The translations under genes and the position numbers were made by a program. Below the pieces are notes generated by a model that worked only from the letters and a program-made list of their open reading frames with translations, did no database searches and was not told the origin of the DNA. Positions 51,346-61,017 of a stretch of DNA of 64,000 nucleotides are shown here, piece after piece. Origin of the DNA: an uncultured Nitrososphaerota archaeon (GTDB taxonomy: Archaea > Thermoproteota > Nitrososphaeria > Nitrososphaerales > CADDZS01); NCBI GenBank assembly GCA_963799845.1, contig CAWCYI010000006.1, forward strand, positions 768,001 to 832,000, written 5' to 3'. Numbering within the stretch: position 1 is the stretch's first letter; each line of letters begins with the position of its first letter.

Positions 51346-52716
51346 TTGGAATCCTTGGAACATCGTGAAAAATCCAGTGATCTTTGCATAAGCGTATTCG
51401 GCCTCGGATTTGTAGGCAGCTCAATTGCAGCGGCCTGGCTTCGGGCCGGCGCGATCGTAGAGGGGTTTGATGTGTCAGCGGGACGAATTGAGGACCTTAA
51501 GAATCCCAAGACGCTTGGATTCGAGGAAGCGGTCGAGGAGGCTTTTGATGAAGGTCTGAAAAGGGGGAAGCTACGACTCTATACCACGGACTTAGTTTCA
51601 AAGACCAGATCCAGTGTAAAGCTTGTCTGTGTGCCTGTCTACCTCGGCAAAGACAAACGCGCGGATCTTTCATCTCTGAAAAGTGCGACCGCTACTGTCG
51701 GCTCGACTCTCAAGAGGGGTGATGCCGTGATCATCTGTCCATCGGTTCCGCCTGGCACTACGCGCAAAGTTGTTGTCCCGATTCTTGAGAAACAGAGCGG
51801 ACTTGCCGCTGGAAAAGATTTTGATCTCATCTACAGCCCGGAGAGGATACTTGTCGGAAGAGCTGTTGAAGATATCGAGAAACATTATCCCGCAGTTATA
51901 TCCGGGATCGACGAGAAGAGCCTCAACAGAGCGGAATCCATCTTCCGAATAGTTGCCCAGAAGGGAGTTCTCAAAATGCCTAACATTGAGAGCGCCGAGT
52001 TTGAGAAATTGGCAGAGGGTGTCTACCGAGACGTGAATATTTCGCTCGCTAACGAGCTCGCGATGGTTTGTGACGAACTTGGGGTCGATTTCTGGGCCGT
52101 CCGCGAAGCCGCAAATTCGCAGCCCTTCTCTCAGATTCACGTCCCGGGACTGGGTGTTGGCGGTGCCTGCATTCCAGTTTATCCGTGGTTTGTTGTGCAG
52201 TCCGTTGAAAATACCGATACGAGATTGATCGAAGACGGAAGAGAAATCAACGATTCGATGGTGGATTATCTCGTTGAGTCTCTCAAGAAGAATTTTCATT
52301 TGAATGCAAAATCGAAAATTGCGATACTTGGTCTGGCGTTTCGTGGAGGCGTCGCAGATTCGCGACTCTCAGTCACGTATCGATTGGTCGAAAGTTTGCG
52401 AAAAAGCGGCTTTGACCAGCTTAAGATTCATGATCCGCTCATATCGAAGGATTCGAAGGTCGGAGACATCTTGACATCCAATTTGGATGAAGCACTTTCC
52501 CTTGCTGATGTAGCAGTAATTGCTACCGATCACAAAATGTACAAAGACTACGACTGGAAATCGTACAAACGTGAGTCGAAATTGAAGATCATAGATGCGA
52601 AAGGAATCCTCAGGGACAAGCCGCTTTCATCCTCTGTCGAGGTTTACGGCCTGGGTTACGGATTAAACAATCCAAAGATGGTTGAAAGGCCGTCAAAAGA
52701 TGAGTCTGAAAACTAG
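51346..52716 (+). CDS. Nucleotide-sugar dehydrogenase (UDP-GlcNAc/ManNAc type)
   Basis: GLGFVG, SPER, AE..K, PG.GVGG.CIP, GLAF. Confidence 0.92.
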   Translation: MESLEHREKSSDLCISVFGLGFVGSSIAAAWLRAGAIVEGFDVSAGRIEDLKNPKTLGFEEAVEEAFDEGLKRGKLRLYTTDLVSKTRSSVKLVCVPVYLGKDKRADLSSLKSATATVGSTLKRGDAVIICPSVPPGTTRKVVVPILEKQSGLAAGKDFDLIYSPERILVGRAVEDIEKHYPAVISGIDEKSLNRAESIFRIVAQKGVLKMPNIESAEFEKLAEGVYRDVNISLANELAMVCDELGVDFWAVREAANSQPFSQIHVPGLGVGGACIPVYPWFVVQSVENTDTRLIEDGREINDSMVDYLVESLKKNFHLNAKSKIAILGLAFRGGVADSRLSVTYRLVESLRKSGFDQLKIHDPLISKDSKVGDILTSNLDEALSLADVAVIATDHKMYKDYDWKSYKRESKLKIIDAKGILRDKPLSSSVEVYGLGYGLNNPKMVERPSKDESEN

Positions 52717-52785
52717 AGTATTCAGGAAAAATAACATAACTCATTCGCTATGTGGAAAGAGGAAGTTCCTTCGAACGGATTCGAG

Positions 52786-53112
52786 TTAATGTTTCGTTTC
52801 AACTTTATCATCTGACCGTTCAAGCAAGATGGTGAAAAAAAATCTCTGATGGTCTTGCAATTGCTCCTCTTGAAACATGGATTCAGTTACCATAAAGTTC
52901 TCATTTACAAGAGTGCCTTCTTTGGTCACGAACTTTGCACGTTCAAGCCGTCCCCTTCTTATCGGGCCCACACGGTGAAGAATCTCCAGTTTGTCTACTT
53001 CATTGTCAACATGGCCCTTAATGCAATAGCCTGTACCCACCTGTTCAATATCGACTACACCCAATCGAGGAATTATGAAATCTCCGATCAAAGCACTGAA
53101 GTTTGAAAGCAC
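52786..53112 (-). CDS. Hypothetical protein
   Basis: ORF only. Confidence 0.4.
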   Translation of the reverse strand: MLSNFSALIGDFIIPRLGVVDIEQVGTGYCIKGHVDNEVDKLEILHRVGPIRRGRLERAKFVTKEGTLVNENFMVTESMFQEEQLQDHQRFFFTILLERSDDKVETKH

Positions 53113-53274
53113 GGTGGAACGAGATCTTCAAAGACGGAAGATTAAGCATTTTGACGGTTGCTTATTTTCGCAAATGACCTCAGAAATTTATTTCCAGCAC
53201 TGGTCGCTATTTGTCCTGAAGAATTGGCCCGAGGGTCACTACTATCCGAGCAGCAAAAAATCTGTGTTTGCCAG

Positions 53275-54270
53275 TTATACCATTAATCCTGTAACCTTGA
53301 GCGTAAAGTTAATGCTCGTTGTCTTACCGTTGCTCGTTGATGTGCCCACGAAATTCAAGTAAGTAACGATAGGCACGCTTGCTCCGGAAGGCGTCCCACT
53401 TGACATTGCGAATTTCGTGAGAGTTTCACTTCCACCGCAGTATGTGAATGAAACTGGATACGAACTGGCAACGTAATTCGTCACAGTTATCGAGACCGTC
53501 CCAATTGTCACGTCCGACGTTCCAGTGGACTGGAATTGAGAACTGCTGAATACTTGAAGCGATTGAGCATTCTCGATTTCTATAATGAATCCAGAAAATA
53601 GGCCGATTACTTCGTCGTACCCGAATGAAACCGGGATGCTCGTTCCATTTACTTCTATGAACAAGACTGTGCCGTTCGTTGCTATCGTAGCCGTTGTAGT
53701 TTCCGAAATGTTGATCGTCTTGTAGGTCAGGTTAACCACGATCTGCGAAGAACTCGAAGAGACTACGTTGTAAGATGCAGTGTAATTGATGGGAGTCGGG
53801 CCATTAGTCCCATTGTAGATGCCCGAGTAGGATATCGTCATTGCTGAGTAGGACGTAAGCAGAGGTATGAGGTTTGAAAGCTCGTTAGTAGTATTGGAAC
53901 AGGTCACGGTTTCCCCCGTACCAGTGACAGTGTTTGACGAGATTCCTGAGGATGAATTAGTTGTCGTAGATATGGCAGTTGATGTGGAAGTTGAGCTGCT
54001 GATTGTAGTTGAAACAATAGATGGACTCGAACTTGTTGAAGGAGTCGACGAAGTGGTCGTGCTCGAGGCAGACAGAGATGAAGAACCAGCTGAAGTAACC
54101 GAACTAGCCGGACTAGAGGAAGTTGAGGAAGCCGAAGATGAGGAAGTACCAGTTGTAGACGACTTGCTTGAGAGGGCAACATATGCAGTCGCCCCTGCCA
54201 CAGCAATTATCACGATCAAGACGATGGCTATTACCGCCGGTGCAATGGCGCTTCTGGTACGTATTATCAA
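53275..54270 (-). CDS. Secreted/anchored Ser/Thr-rich protein with class III-like signal peptide
   Basis: RTRSA/IAPAVIAIV.. hydrophobic N-terminus, long S/T linker. Confidence 0.75.
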   Translation of the reverse strand: MIIRTRSAIAPAVIAIVLIVIIAVAGATAYVALSSKSSTTGTSSSSASSTSSSPASSVTSAGSSSLSASSTTTSSTPSTSSSPSIVSTTISSSTSTSTAISTTTNSSSGISSNTVTGTGETVTCSNTTNELSNLIPLLTSYSAMTISYSGIYNGTNGPTPINYTASYNVVSSSSSQIVVNLTYKTINISETTTATIATNGTVLFIEVNGTSIPVSFGYDEVIGLFSGFIIEIENAQSLQVFSSSQFQSTGTSDVTIGTVSITVTNYVASSYPVSFTYCGGSETLTKFAMSSGTPSGASVPIVTYLNFVGTSTSNGKTTSINFTLKVTGLMV

Positions 54271-54527
54271 GCCAAGTCTCGGGTGCTTTCGGAAAATCGG
54301 AATTTAATTTAATTCATAGTAGCATTCGGAACATTTCGATCTAGTTTGAACAATTTGAGAAACTTACAGAGAAGGTCAGTCAATTAGGCTTAGTTGAAAG
54401 TGATAATCGGGCGCGAACATTTCGGTGATTCGCAAGAAAGGGGAATTACTCAGGCCAGGAATCAATTTCAATAACGCCCTAATTTTCCTAGATTGGAATT
54501 TTGGCTCTCTACGGGTATGAGCGTCCC

Positions 54528-54893
54528 TTAGTCAGAATCTAGAACTGGGCGTAGAGTGTTTGCGATCTTAATGATTGCGAGCGCATTAAATCTCAACGTG
54601 TTCGCGCCCAGAGGTGTCAGACCGTATACTTTCTTTCTTTTACGATGTGCACCGTTCGCGTCCTGCGAAATGAATTTCGATCTTTCCAGATTTCTAAGAT
54701 GCGGGTAGAGGGTTCCAAAACTGACCATAATCCCAAACTCTGTTGACAATTCTTTCCTTAGCTCGTATCCCCCCATCGGTCTGGACCAAAGCTGAGAAAG
54801 AAGCAGGATGTCAAGTAGGTCTGCCACTTTGTTTTGGTCACGAGAAGTTGAACCAGGAGTCTGACCCTTCGGATCATCCTGCAGCAGTGTCAA
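54528..54893 (-). CDS. PadR family transcriptional regulator
   Basis: GYEL...L, GTLYP.L..LE, RKKVY.LT..G. Confidence 0.9.
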   Translation of the reverse strand: MTLLQDDPKGQTPGSTSRDQNKVADLLDILLLSQLWSRPMGGYELRKELSTEFGIMVSFGTLYPHLRNLERSKFISQDANGAHRKRKKVYGLTPLGANTLRFNALAIIKIANTLRPVLDSD

Positions 54894-55033
54894 ATCTGTC
54901 TTGAATTAGCAAACTCGAATTAAGATAGTTGTGAAACAATGATTCTGATCAGAGCTTCTTGTCCGCTTCTATAGCGGGATCCGATATACTAAACGCTTGC
55001 GTACTATTGCACTGAAGAGCCGGGTTTGCTTCC

Positions 55034-55339
55034 CTAGTTTTTAGGCTCGTTCTCGGTCGGACCGACGATGGATGCCAACCCAAATCTGGGGCCCAAACTA
55101 TCTATCCTGATCCTCACCTTGTCTCCGATCTTCGAGCCTCTAACGAACACGATAAATCCTTTGACTTTCGCTAAGCCGTCACCCTTTTTCGAAAGTTCGA
55201 GAATTTCGACACTGTATTCCTTGCCAACTTCAATTGGAGGGGGCGGAGTGAATCCGGGACCGTTGCTATACCTAGAATCGTTGGACCGCGGCCTCCCGCC
55301 GTGCCTTTCTTCGTTTCCTCTACGATCTCGCCGACTCAA
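55034..55339 (-). CDS. TRAM-domain RNA-binding protein (second copy)
   Basis: PIEVGKEY.VEI...SKKGDG.AKV.GFIVFV. Confidence 0.9.
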   Translation of the reverse strand: MSRRDRRGNEERHGGRPRSNDSRYSNGPGFTPPPPIEVGKEYSVEILELSKKGDGLAKVKGFIVFVRGSKIGDKVRIRIDSLGPRFGLASIVGPTENEPKN

Positions 55340-55471
55340 TTTCTCAAAAAAACCTTAGAGCCAGCTTTCCGATTGCCCCTTTAAGTGATTGTCCCGCTTT
55401 TGCGAGGCTGCCGGTACCTGGGCAGTATTTCGAAGGACAATGCCTAATAGCGTGAACGACTGCTTTTATCT

Positions 55472-55621
55472 GTGAGCTCTATCAATTCTTTAGGCCAAGC
55501 CGAGGTTTGCACAAAACACGGCATCAGGTTCCGAGCCGACGAACACGGGAATTTGCGTTGCCCGGTCTGTGAACAGATTTCCCTTCAACAGTCCTTGCGC
55601 AGAGGACGCCGAAGGCGTTAG
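55472..55621 (+). CDS. 49-aa CxxH-x13-CxxC zinc-finger microprotein with Arg-rich tail (not in ORF track)
   Basis: MSSINSLGQAEVCTKHGIRFRADEHGNLRCPVCEQISLQQSLRRGRRRR (GTG start); paralog at 34851. Confidence 0.8.
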   Translation: MSSINSLGQAEVCTKHGIRFRADEHGNLRCPVCEQISLQQSLRRGRRRR

Positions 55622-55660
55622 CACGTTTACAATAACACGTGGAAGTCATGTGATGGCATT

Positions 55661-56626
55661 ATGAGCGGTCTGATCAAGATTGCGCAAAGGGATCTTACAC
55701 TTTACGACGGAAACCGCGCCCGCTGCCCAAGATGCGCCAAGGGTCCTATGGTGACCGATTCTTCAGGATCCGAGCTCTTTTGCAGCAACTGCGGGTTCGT
55801 TCTAAAGGATCAGATCGTCGATACCGGACGAGAGTGGAGGGCTTTCTCAAGTGAGGAGGCAAGTCAGCGCGCCCATTCGGGGCCACCCTCCAGCCTTGCT
55901 ATCCATGACATGGGTCTGTCTACCATTATTGGATTTGAGAATAAGGACGCGCACGGCAATTTTCTTCCAACCGCGATGAGGACGACAATTGAAAGGCTAC
56001 GCACTTGGGACGGAAGATCACAAGTACATGCGACCGCAGACAGGAATAGACGCCAAGCGTTCAGCCAGCTCAACCTGCTCGTCGACAAATTGAACGTCAA
56101 TTCACTGGTTGTCGAAAAAGCTGCTTACATTTACAGGCGGGCTCTCGACAGAGGAATGATAAGGGGGAGGTCGATCTCTGGCATGATTGCAGCAGCTCTC
56201 TATGCGGCTTGTCGAGATACGGAAACTCCGCGCACTCTGAAGGACCTTTCGCTGATCAGCAACATCAAGAAAAAGGAGCTCGCACGGTGCTATCGACTGC
56301 TTTTCAACGAACTCGATCTAAGAGTGCCTGTTGCCGACCCGATAAAGTGCATCGCAAGGATCGCAAGCAAAGCGGGAATCCACGAAAAGACAAAACGCAA
56401 GGCACTGGAGATACTCAGGCACACGATCGAAACCAATGATTCTGCTGGCAAGGATCCGATGGGACTCGCGGCTTCAGCTCTGTATATTGCTTGCATTATG
56501 GAGAACGAGAATATTACTCAGAAGGACATCGCCGAAGCTGCAGGTGTTACCGAAGTTACCATAAGGAACAGGTACAAGGGACTCAAAGCTGCGATAATGG
56601 CTGAAAATTCGGCGAAGGCAATTTAG
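55661..56626 (+). CDS. tfb: Transcription initiation factor IIB
   Basis: CxxC..CSNCG zinc ribbon, EWRAF, HD.GLST, GK.P.G.AA, AGVTEVTIRNRYK. Confidence 0.96.
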   Translation: MSGLIKIAQRDLTLYDGNRARCPRCAKGPMVTDSSGSELFCSNCGFVLKDQIVDTGREWRAFSSEEASQRAHSGPPSSLAIHDMGLSTIIGFENKDAHGNFLPTAMRTTIERLRTWDGRSQVHATADRNRRQAFSQLNLLVDKLNVNSLVVEKAAYIYRRALDRGMIRGRSISGMIAAALYAACRDTETPRTLKDLSLISNIKKKELARCYRLLFNELDLRVPVADPIKCIARIASKAGIHEKTKRKALEILRHTIETNDSAGKDPMGLAASALYIACIMENENITQKDIAEAAGVTEVTIRNRYKGLKAAIMAENSAKAI

Positions 56627-56653
56627 CGATAGCCAATCCGTACGAAGCCTAAC

Positions 56654-57070
56654 TTACATCATCGCTTGGGCGCGCGACATCAAGGCACCGTTCAGGATCA
56701 TAAGAGCCCCAACCGCAAGCATTCCAGCACTCGAAAGAAATGCTCCTTCCATCATTGGGGCAATTCCTGAATACATGGATCCCCCGATCAGCAGCATCAT
56801 CACGCCGTAAACTATCATCAGAGTTCCGAAAAGACCCATCCTAGTCTTTCCTATTGAAGATACGCTTGCAATTGCGGTAATTATCAAAACTGCTCCAAGC
56901 ACTGAAACTCCTATTCCCCATGCGAGCGCAGAAGAATTGTGCACGGTCATAATCACTCCCATGTCGTTTGATGTAGTCGTCGATTGTGCGAGAAATAAAT
57001 AGCCGGAGGTAAAGTCGACAAGAGCGCCGGCAAAACAAAGAATTAATCCGGCTAGTGTTGTCTGGTTCAA
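56654..57070 (-). CDS. Four-TM membrane protein
   Basis: Four hydrophobic segments, Met-rich. Confidence 0.65.
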   Translation of the reverse strand: MNQTTLAGLILCFAGALVDFTSGYLFLAQSTTTSNDMGVIMTVHNSSALAWGIGVSVLGAVLIITAIASVSSIGKTRMGLFGTLMIVYGVMMLLIGGSMYSGIAPMMEGAFLSSAGMLAVGALMILNGALMSRAQAMM

Positions 57071-57227
57071 ATTAGATTACCTGTTAGAACCTGAACGAAT
57101 AGAGTCTGGAACCATCAATATTCTTTGTGTAGTTAATACTCTAGGCAAGAAAACCGTTGGATTGAATCGAGATTTATCAAAACAAACGCTTTAAGCGCAA
57201 TTTGAATTCTGACTTGCCAGATTTTCT

Positions 57228-58193
57228 TTGGAGTATGTTCGGCTCGGATCTGCCGGGGTAAAGGTATCGCGAATCTGTCTGGGAACGATGTCATTCGGTA
57301 ACTCTGCTGAATGGATGATTGAAATCGAAGCGGCAAAACCAATCGTGAAGCGGGCGCTCGATCTCGGGATCAACTTCTTTGATACAGCCGATGTCTACTC
57401 GGGTGGCAGATCTGAAGAGATCGTGGGTGAATTGTTGAAGGGGGTTCGAGACGAAGTAGTCTTGGCGACAAAGGTCAGGTCGAAGGTCGGACCCGGGGTA
57501 AATGATTCCGGTCTATCACGACTTCACATAATGATGGAAACAGACAGGTCATTGAAGAGGCTCCAGACCGACAGAATCGATCTCTACCAGATCCACCGAT
57601 GGGATTATGATACGCCGATAGAGGAAACTCTAATCGCCTTGGATGATCTCGTAAGCGCGGGCAAGGTCAGATATATCGGGGCGTCGAGCATGTTCGCCTG
57701 GCAGTTTGCAAAGGCCCTCTATACGAGTGATCTGCTCAAGATATCCAGATTCGTTTCCATGCAAAACCACTACAATCTAGCCTACAGGGAAGAGGAACGG
57801 GAAATGATGCCTCTTTGCAAGGATCAGAATATCGGGACAATTCCATTCAGCCCTCTTGCAAGAGGATTCCTTAGCGGGAAATACAGACGCGGTGATTCTC
57901 CAAACACCCCTAGATCGAGATCGGATCAATTATTGCCGGAACGATTCTTCAAGCCGGAGGATTTCGATGTCGCCGAAAGATTGCAGGAAATCGCGAAGGA
58001 AAAGGGAGTAACTCCCTCGCAGTTGGCACTCGCTTGGCTTCTCCACAGAGGAGTCACTTCTCCGATAATAGGTGAGACGAAGATTCAACATATAGAAGAA
58101 GCTGTTTCAGCCGTGGAATTGAAGCTTTCAAACGATGATATGAAGAGGCTCGAGGAACCGTACAAGCTACATCCAATTTTAGGACATAGTTGA
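57228..58193 (+). CDS. Aldo/keto reductase
   Basis: LGTM.FG, DTADVY..G.SE, ATK, IDLYQIH, SPLA.G.L. Confidence 0.95.
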   Translation: MEYVRLGSAGVKVSRICLGTMSFGNSAEWMIEIEAAKPIVKRALDLGINFFDTADVYSGGRSEEIVGELLKGVRDEVVLATKVRSKVGPGVNDSGLSRLHIMMETDRSLKRLQTDRIDLYQIHRWDYDTPIEETLIALDDLVSAGKVRYIGASSMFAWQFAKALYTSDLLKISRFVSMQNHYNLAYREEEREMMPLCKDQNIGTIPFSPLARGFLSGKYRRGDSPNTPRSRSDQLLPERFFKPEDFDVAERLQEIAKEKGVTPSQLALAWLLHRGVTSPIIGETKIQHIEEAVSAVELKLSNDDMKRLEEPYKLHPILGHS

Positions 58194-58239
58194 GAAAGGC
58201 AAACTCGTACGATCGATCCGGTTCTCGTGAGAATTCTCG

Positions 58240-58266
58240 GTTTTGAAATTCATAAAATTTCAAAAC
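58240..58266. repeat. Perfect 11-bp inverted repeat
   Basis: GTTTTGAAATT-CATAA-AATTTCAAAAC after the AKR stop. Confidence 0.6.
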
Positions 58267-58628
58267 TTAGTTTTTCCGAATGATCCATTGATTGACTGAA
58301 GTTCCTTCTCGGTCTCTCCAAAAGAGCTTGGGAAAGCGAAAAAAGGCGATTCCAACGAAGTTGGCTAGTTACACGAATAGTTGCGATCCTCTTCTCTCAG
58401 GATTATCAAGATTCGAACAGGTAGGCATATCAGAATTCGAATGCCAATTTTCCTGACTTGAAAATCGATAAAATCATCGGGAAGAAACCAGAAAACTCCA
58501 TACACGGCTAAACTTCGAGTAAGAGTGTCTTATTGCCGTAATCACTAAAGGACGAGAGGCTCAGCATGGAATTGTGAAAAATCTCCTAAATTGGTGCAGA
58601 TGAATACTGAGAACGCGTGTAAAATTTC

Positions 58629-59618
58629 ATGCCAATGGTCGCGACGCCGAAGTCATTAGATGTAATCGGCAAAGTTGAACAGCTCTCTGAAAAAAGGAGA
58701 GACCTCTTACGGCAAACCTTGACTTTGAACCATTGGGAGTCTTATTTCGCCTTCGTTCCATGCCGAAAAACAGACCGTGCCACTCCTTCTAGGGAAATTG
58801 AACTGCTCGAATTTGAGTTAAACACTTCACGAAAACGAACCCAAGTGCCCCTCCAAGAAGACCTGATGCAAAGTAGGAGACTGAAAGAGTTGGCAGACGT
58901 CATGAGCTTGCACTCATTTCAGTCTGGTACCAATTTCACAACTTGTGATATCAGTCAGAAACCGCTTGATCATGCTGTTCAAAAAGATATGCGAAATGTG
59001 GATCTTATTCCCACGATTCAAAATTCGATGCGACTGGTAAAGGGAGAGATGTCTGGCACCAAGAAAATAATTTATGATTTTAGACTCATCTCGCCACCGG
59101 TTGAAACAACGCCGTCAAATATTGGTGAACTAAAAACATCGACTGATGAATATCGCTTCCTCCAGGAGAAGAGTCGTCAAAAAATTCGTCTAATGAATCC
59201 GCAGGTCCTTGCGGATAACCTGCTAGAAGACATTTTCGTAATCATCTATTCTGACGCAGCCCAGTGCACCAGTGCTAGTGAAGTTTTTGTCAGCACATCT
59301 ATAGAGCAATTAGGCGGTTACTGGAAGATTTCGATAACCGACAAATCAAAGGGTGTACCATCCGAGCAGCACGCAAATCAGATAGCAAAGAGTAAGCCCG
59401 GGGCGATTGGAATATCGATCTTGCGCTCGCTGATTGAGGATCGCTACCACGGACATATGAACGTCAAATATAGGGTTCCATCCACGACTTTCGAGTTGTG
59501 GCTTCCAAAAATTCCATCACAACTCGAAAAACGCGCAGCTGCTAAACGTCCACAGATCAAGGAAAGCGCCGGTGTTACTTCCCTACGAAGCAAGTACAGG
59601 GTTGCGGCAACCAGCTAG
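58629..59618 (+). CDS. Degenerate HATPase_c (histidine-kinase-like) protein
   Basis: WKISITDKSKG, GAIGISI...LIE..YHG, TTF.LWLP; no H-box seen. Confidence 0.6.
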   Translation: MPMVATPKSLDVIGKVEQLSEKRRDLLRQTLTLNHWESYFAFVPCRKTDRATPSREIELLEFELNTSRKRTQVPLQEDLMQSRRLKELADVMSLHSFQSGTNFTTCDISQKPLDHAVQKDMRNVDLIPTIQNSMRLVKGEMSGTKKIIYDFRLISPPVETTPSNIGELKTSTDEYRFLQEKSRQKIRLMNPQVLADNLLEDIFVIIYSDAAQCTSASEVFVSTSIEQLGGYWKISITDKSKGVPSEQHANQIAKSKPGAIGISILRSLIEDRYHGHMNVKYRVPSTTFELWLPKIPSQLEKRAAAKRPQIKESAGVTSLRSKYRVAATS

Positions 59619-59816
59619 ATACTAATTCCATCCGTTTGGCATTCTTTGAAACGAGCAGTCGTCCAATGAAGCGCTCGCAAAATACGCTGAAGAGAATAAT
59701 CACCATAATCACGATTTTGATCGAGTGAAAGGAATCAAGAAGATCGCTCTCAGAGCACATTATCCGAATTGCCTTTTAGGGTAGATGCGTAGAGCTAGAT
59801 CGAGCCGATTCTCCCG

Positions 59817-60149
59817 ATGCCAGCACTGATGGATCTCTCCCTGCTTCAGATCGGAAGTACTGAAGCGATCGCAATTGCAGTGCTAATCATTCTGGTCGTG
59901 GTAATCGTCGTATGGGGTATCTGGTCAGTCGTATGGGCACTCAAGAAGAAGCCAGTGACCGGGCCGGAAGCGCTCATCGGAAAAAGCGGAGTCGCAGTCC
60001 AGGATTTCAAGCCCGATAATACGGGAGAGGTAACGATTGATGGAATCATATGGAAGGCGAGGGTCTCCGACGGCTCGAAGACATCAAAGGGAGATTCGGT
60101 GACGGTGGTCGGATATTCTGAGCTTACTGTTTATGTGAAAAAAGTATAG
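59817..60149 (+). CDS. Short NfeD family protein
   Basis: TM followed by TG.EALIGK.G, G.V.IDG..W.A. Confidence 0.88.
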   Translation: MPALMDLSLLQIGSTEAIAIAVLIILVVVIVVWGIWSVVWALKKKPVTGPEALIGKSGVAVQDFKPDNTGEVTIDGIIWKARVSDGSKTSKGDSVTVVGYSELTVYVKKV

Positions 60150-60287
60150 CTCAGCAAAGCATTTGACCCAATCCCTTCGTGTCCTGGCATCCATCGTTCG
60201 CGCCGCTAGATTCCAATGCTAATCGGAATCTTCTAGCATCGTACAATGCAAATCTTATCTATGTGCGCATACCCATACACATACACG

Positions 60288-60521
60288 ATGGCCACGAAGA
60301 ACATCTCTATAACCGAGGAAGCTTACGAGGCGCTCCAACGACAGAGAAGAAACAACGAGAGCTTCACCCAAATAATATTACGACTCACGCAGAGTAGAGG
60401 CAAGATCTCGGATTTGTACGGTGCTTGGAAAATGACGGACGAGGAAGAATCTAGAATAGTCGGGGAGCTTTCGAAAGGATGGAAACGAGCAAGGAAGCGG
60501 ATAACAAATGAAGTGCGTTGA
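60288..60521 (+). CDS. vapB: VapB-type antitoxin
   Basis: MATKNISITEEAY..L....R..ESF..II.RL; overlaps the PIN gene. Confidence 0.88.
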   Translation: MATKNISITEEAYEALQRQRRNNESFTQIILRLTQSRGKISDLYGAWKMTDEEESRIVGELSKGWKRARKRITNEVR

Positions 60522-60900
60522 CACCGACCTGTTGATCGGTGTGCTTAGGGGGAAAGGAGACGCAGAAAAGAAGATGCGAGAGCTAGACGAAGAAGGGAGG
60601 CAGGCTACGACATCTGTCAACGCTTTCGAGCTTTTCTTTGGAGCCTGTAAATCTCGCGAAAAGGGCATCAATGTACAGGCAACGATGAGCCTGCTCGATC
60701 GATTCGACGTTCTTTCGTTGGACCTGGAATCTTCTCAGAAGGCTGGGGAAGTCCTGGCCGCTTTAGCCGCCGCCGGTGAAGTGATTGATTTTAGGGATGC
60801 TCTGATCGGAGGGATTGCCTTGGTCAATAGTTTGTCGCTCGTTACTCGAAACAAAGAGCATTTCGCACGAGTTAATGGGCTCAAACTGGAACAGTGGTAG
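60508..60900 (+). CDS. vapC: VapC PIN-domain toxin
   Basis: DTD.LI, E, D.LI..IA, LVTRN..HF. Confidence 0.92.
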   Translation: MKCVDTDLLIGVLRGKGDAEKKMRELDEEGRQATTSVNAFELFFGACKSREKGINVQATMSLLDRFDVLSLDLESSQKAGEVLAALAAAGEVIDFRDALIGGIALVNSLSLVTRNKEHFARVNGLKLEQW

Positions 60901-61017
60901 GCGGACATTACTTCTGGTCAGTAGGCAATGAGATTTGTTTGATGCGCACAGCGGGGCCGACTGCTGTTAAAGCCCTTATTATGACCACATTTAGTATTCG
61001 ATTTCTAGTCATCATAT

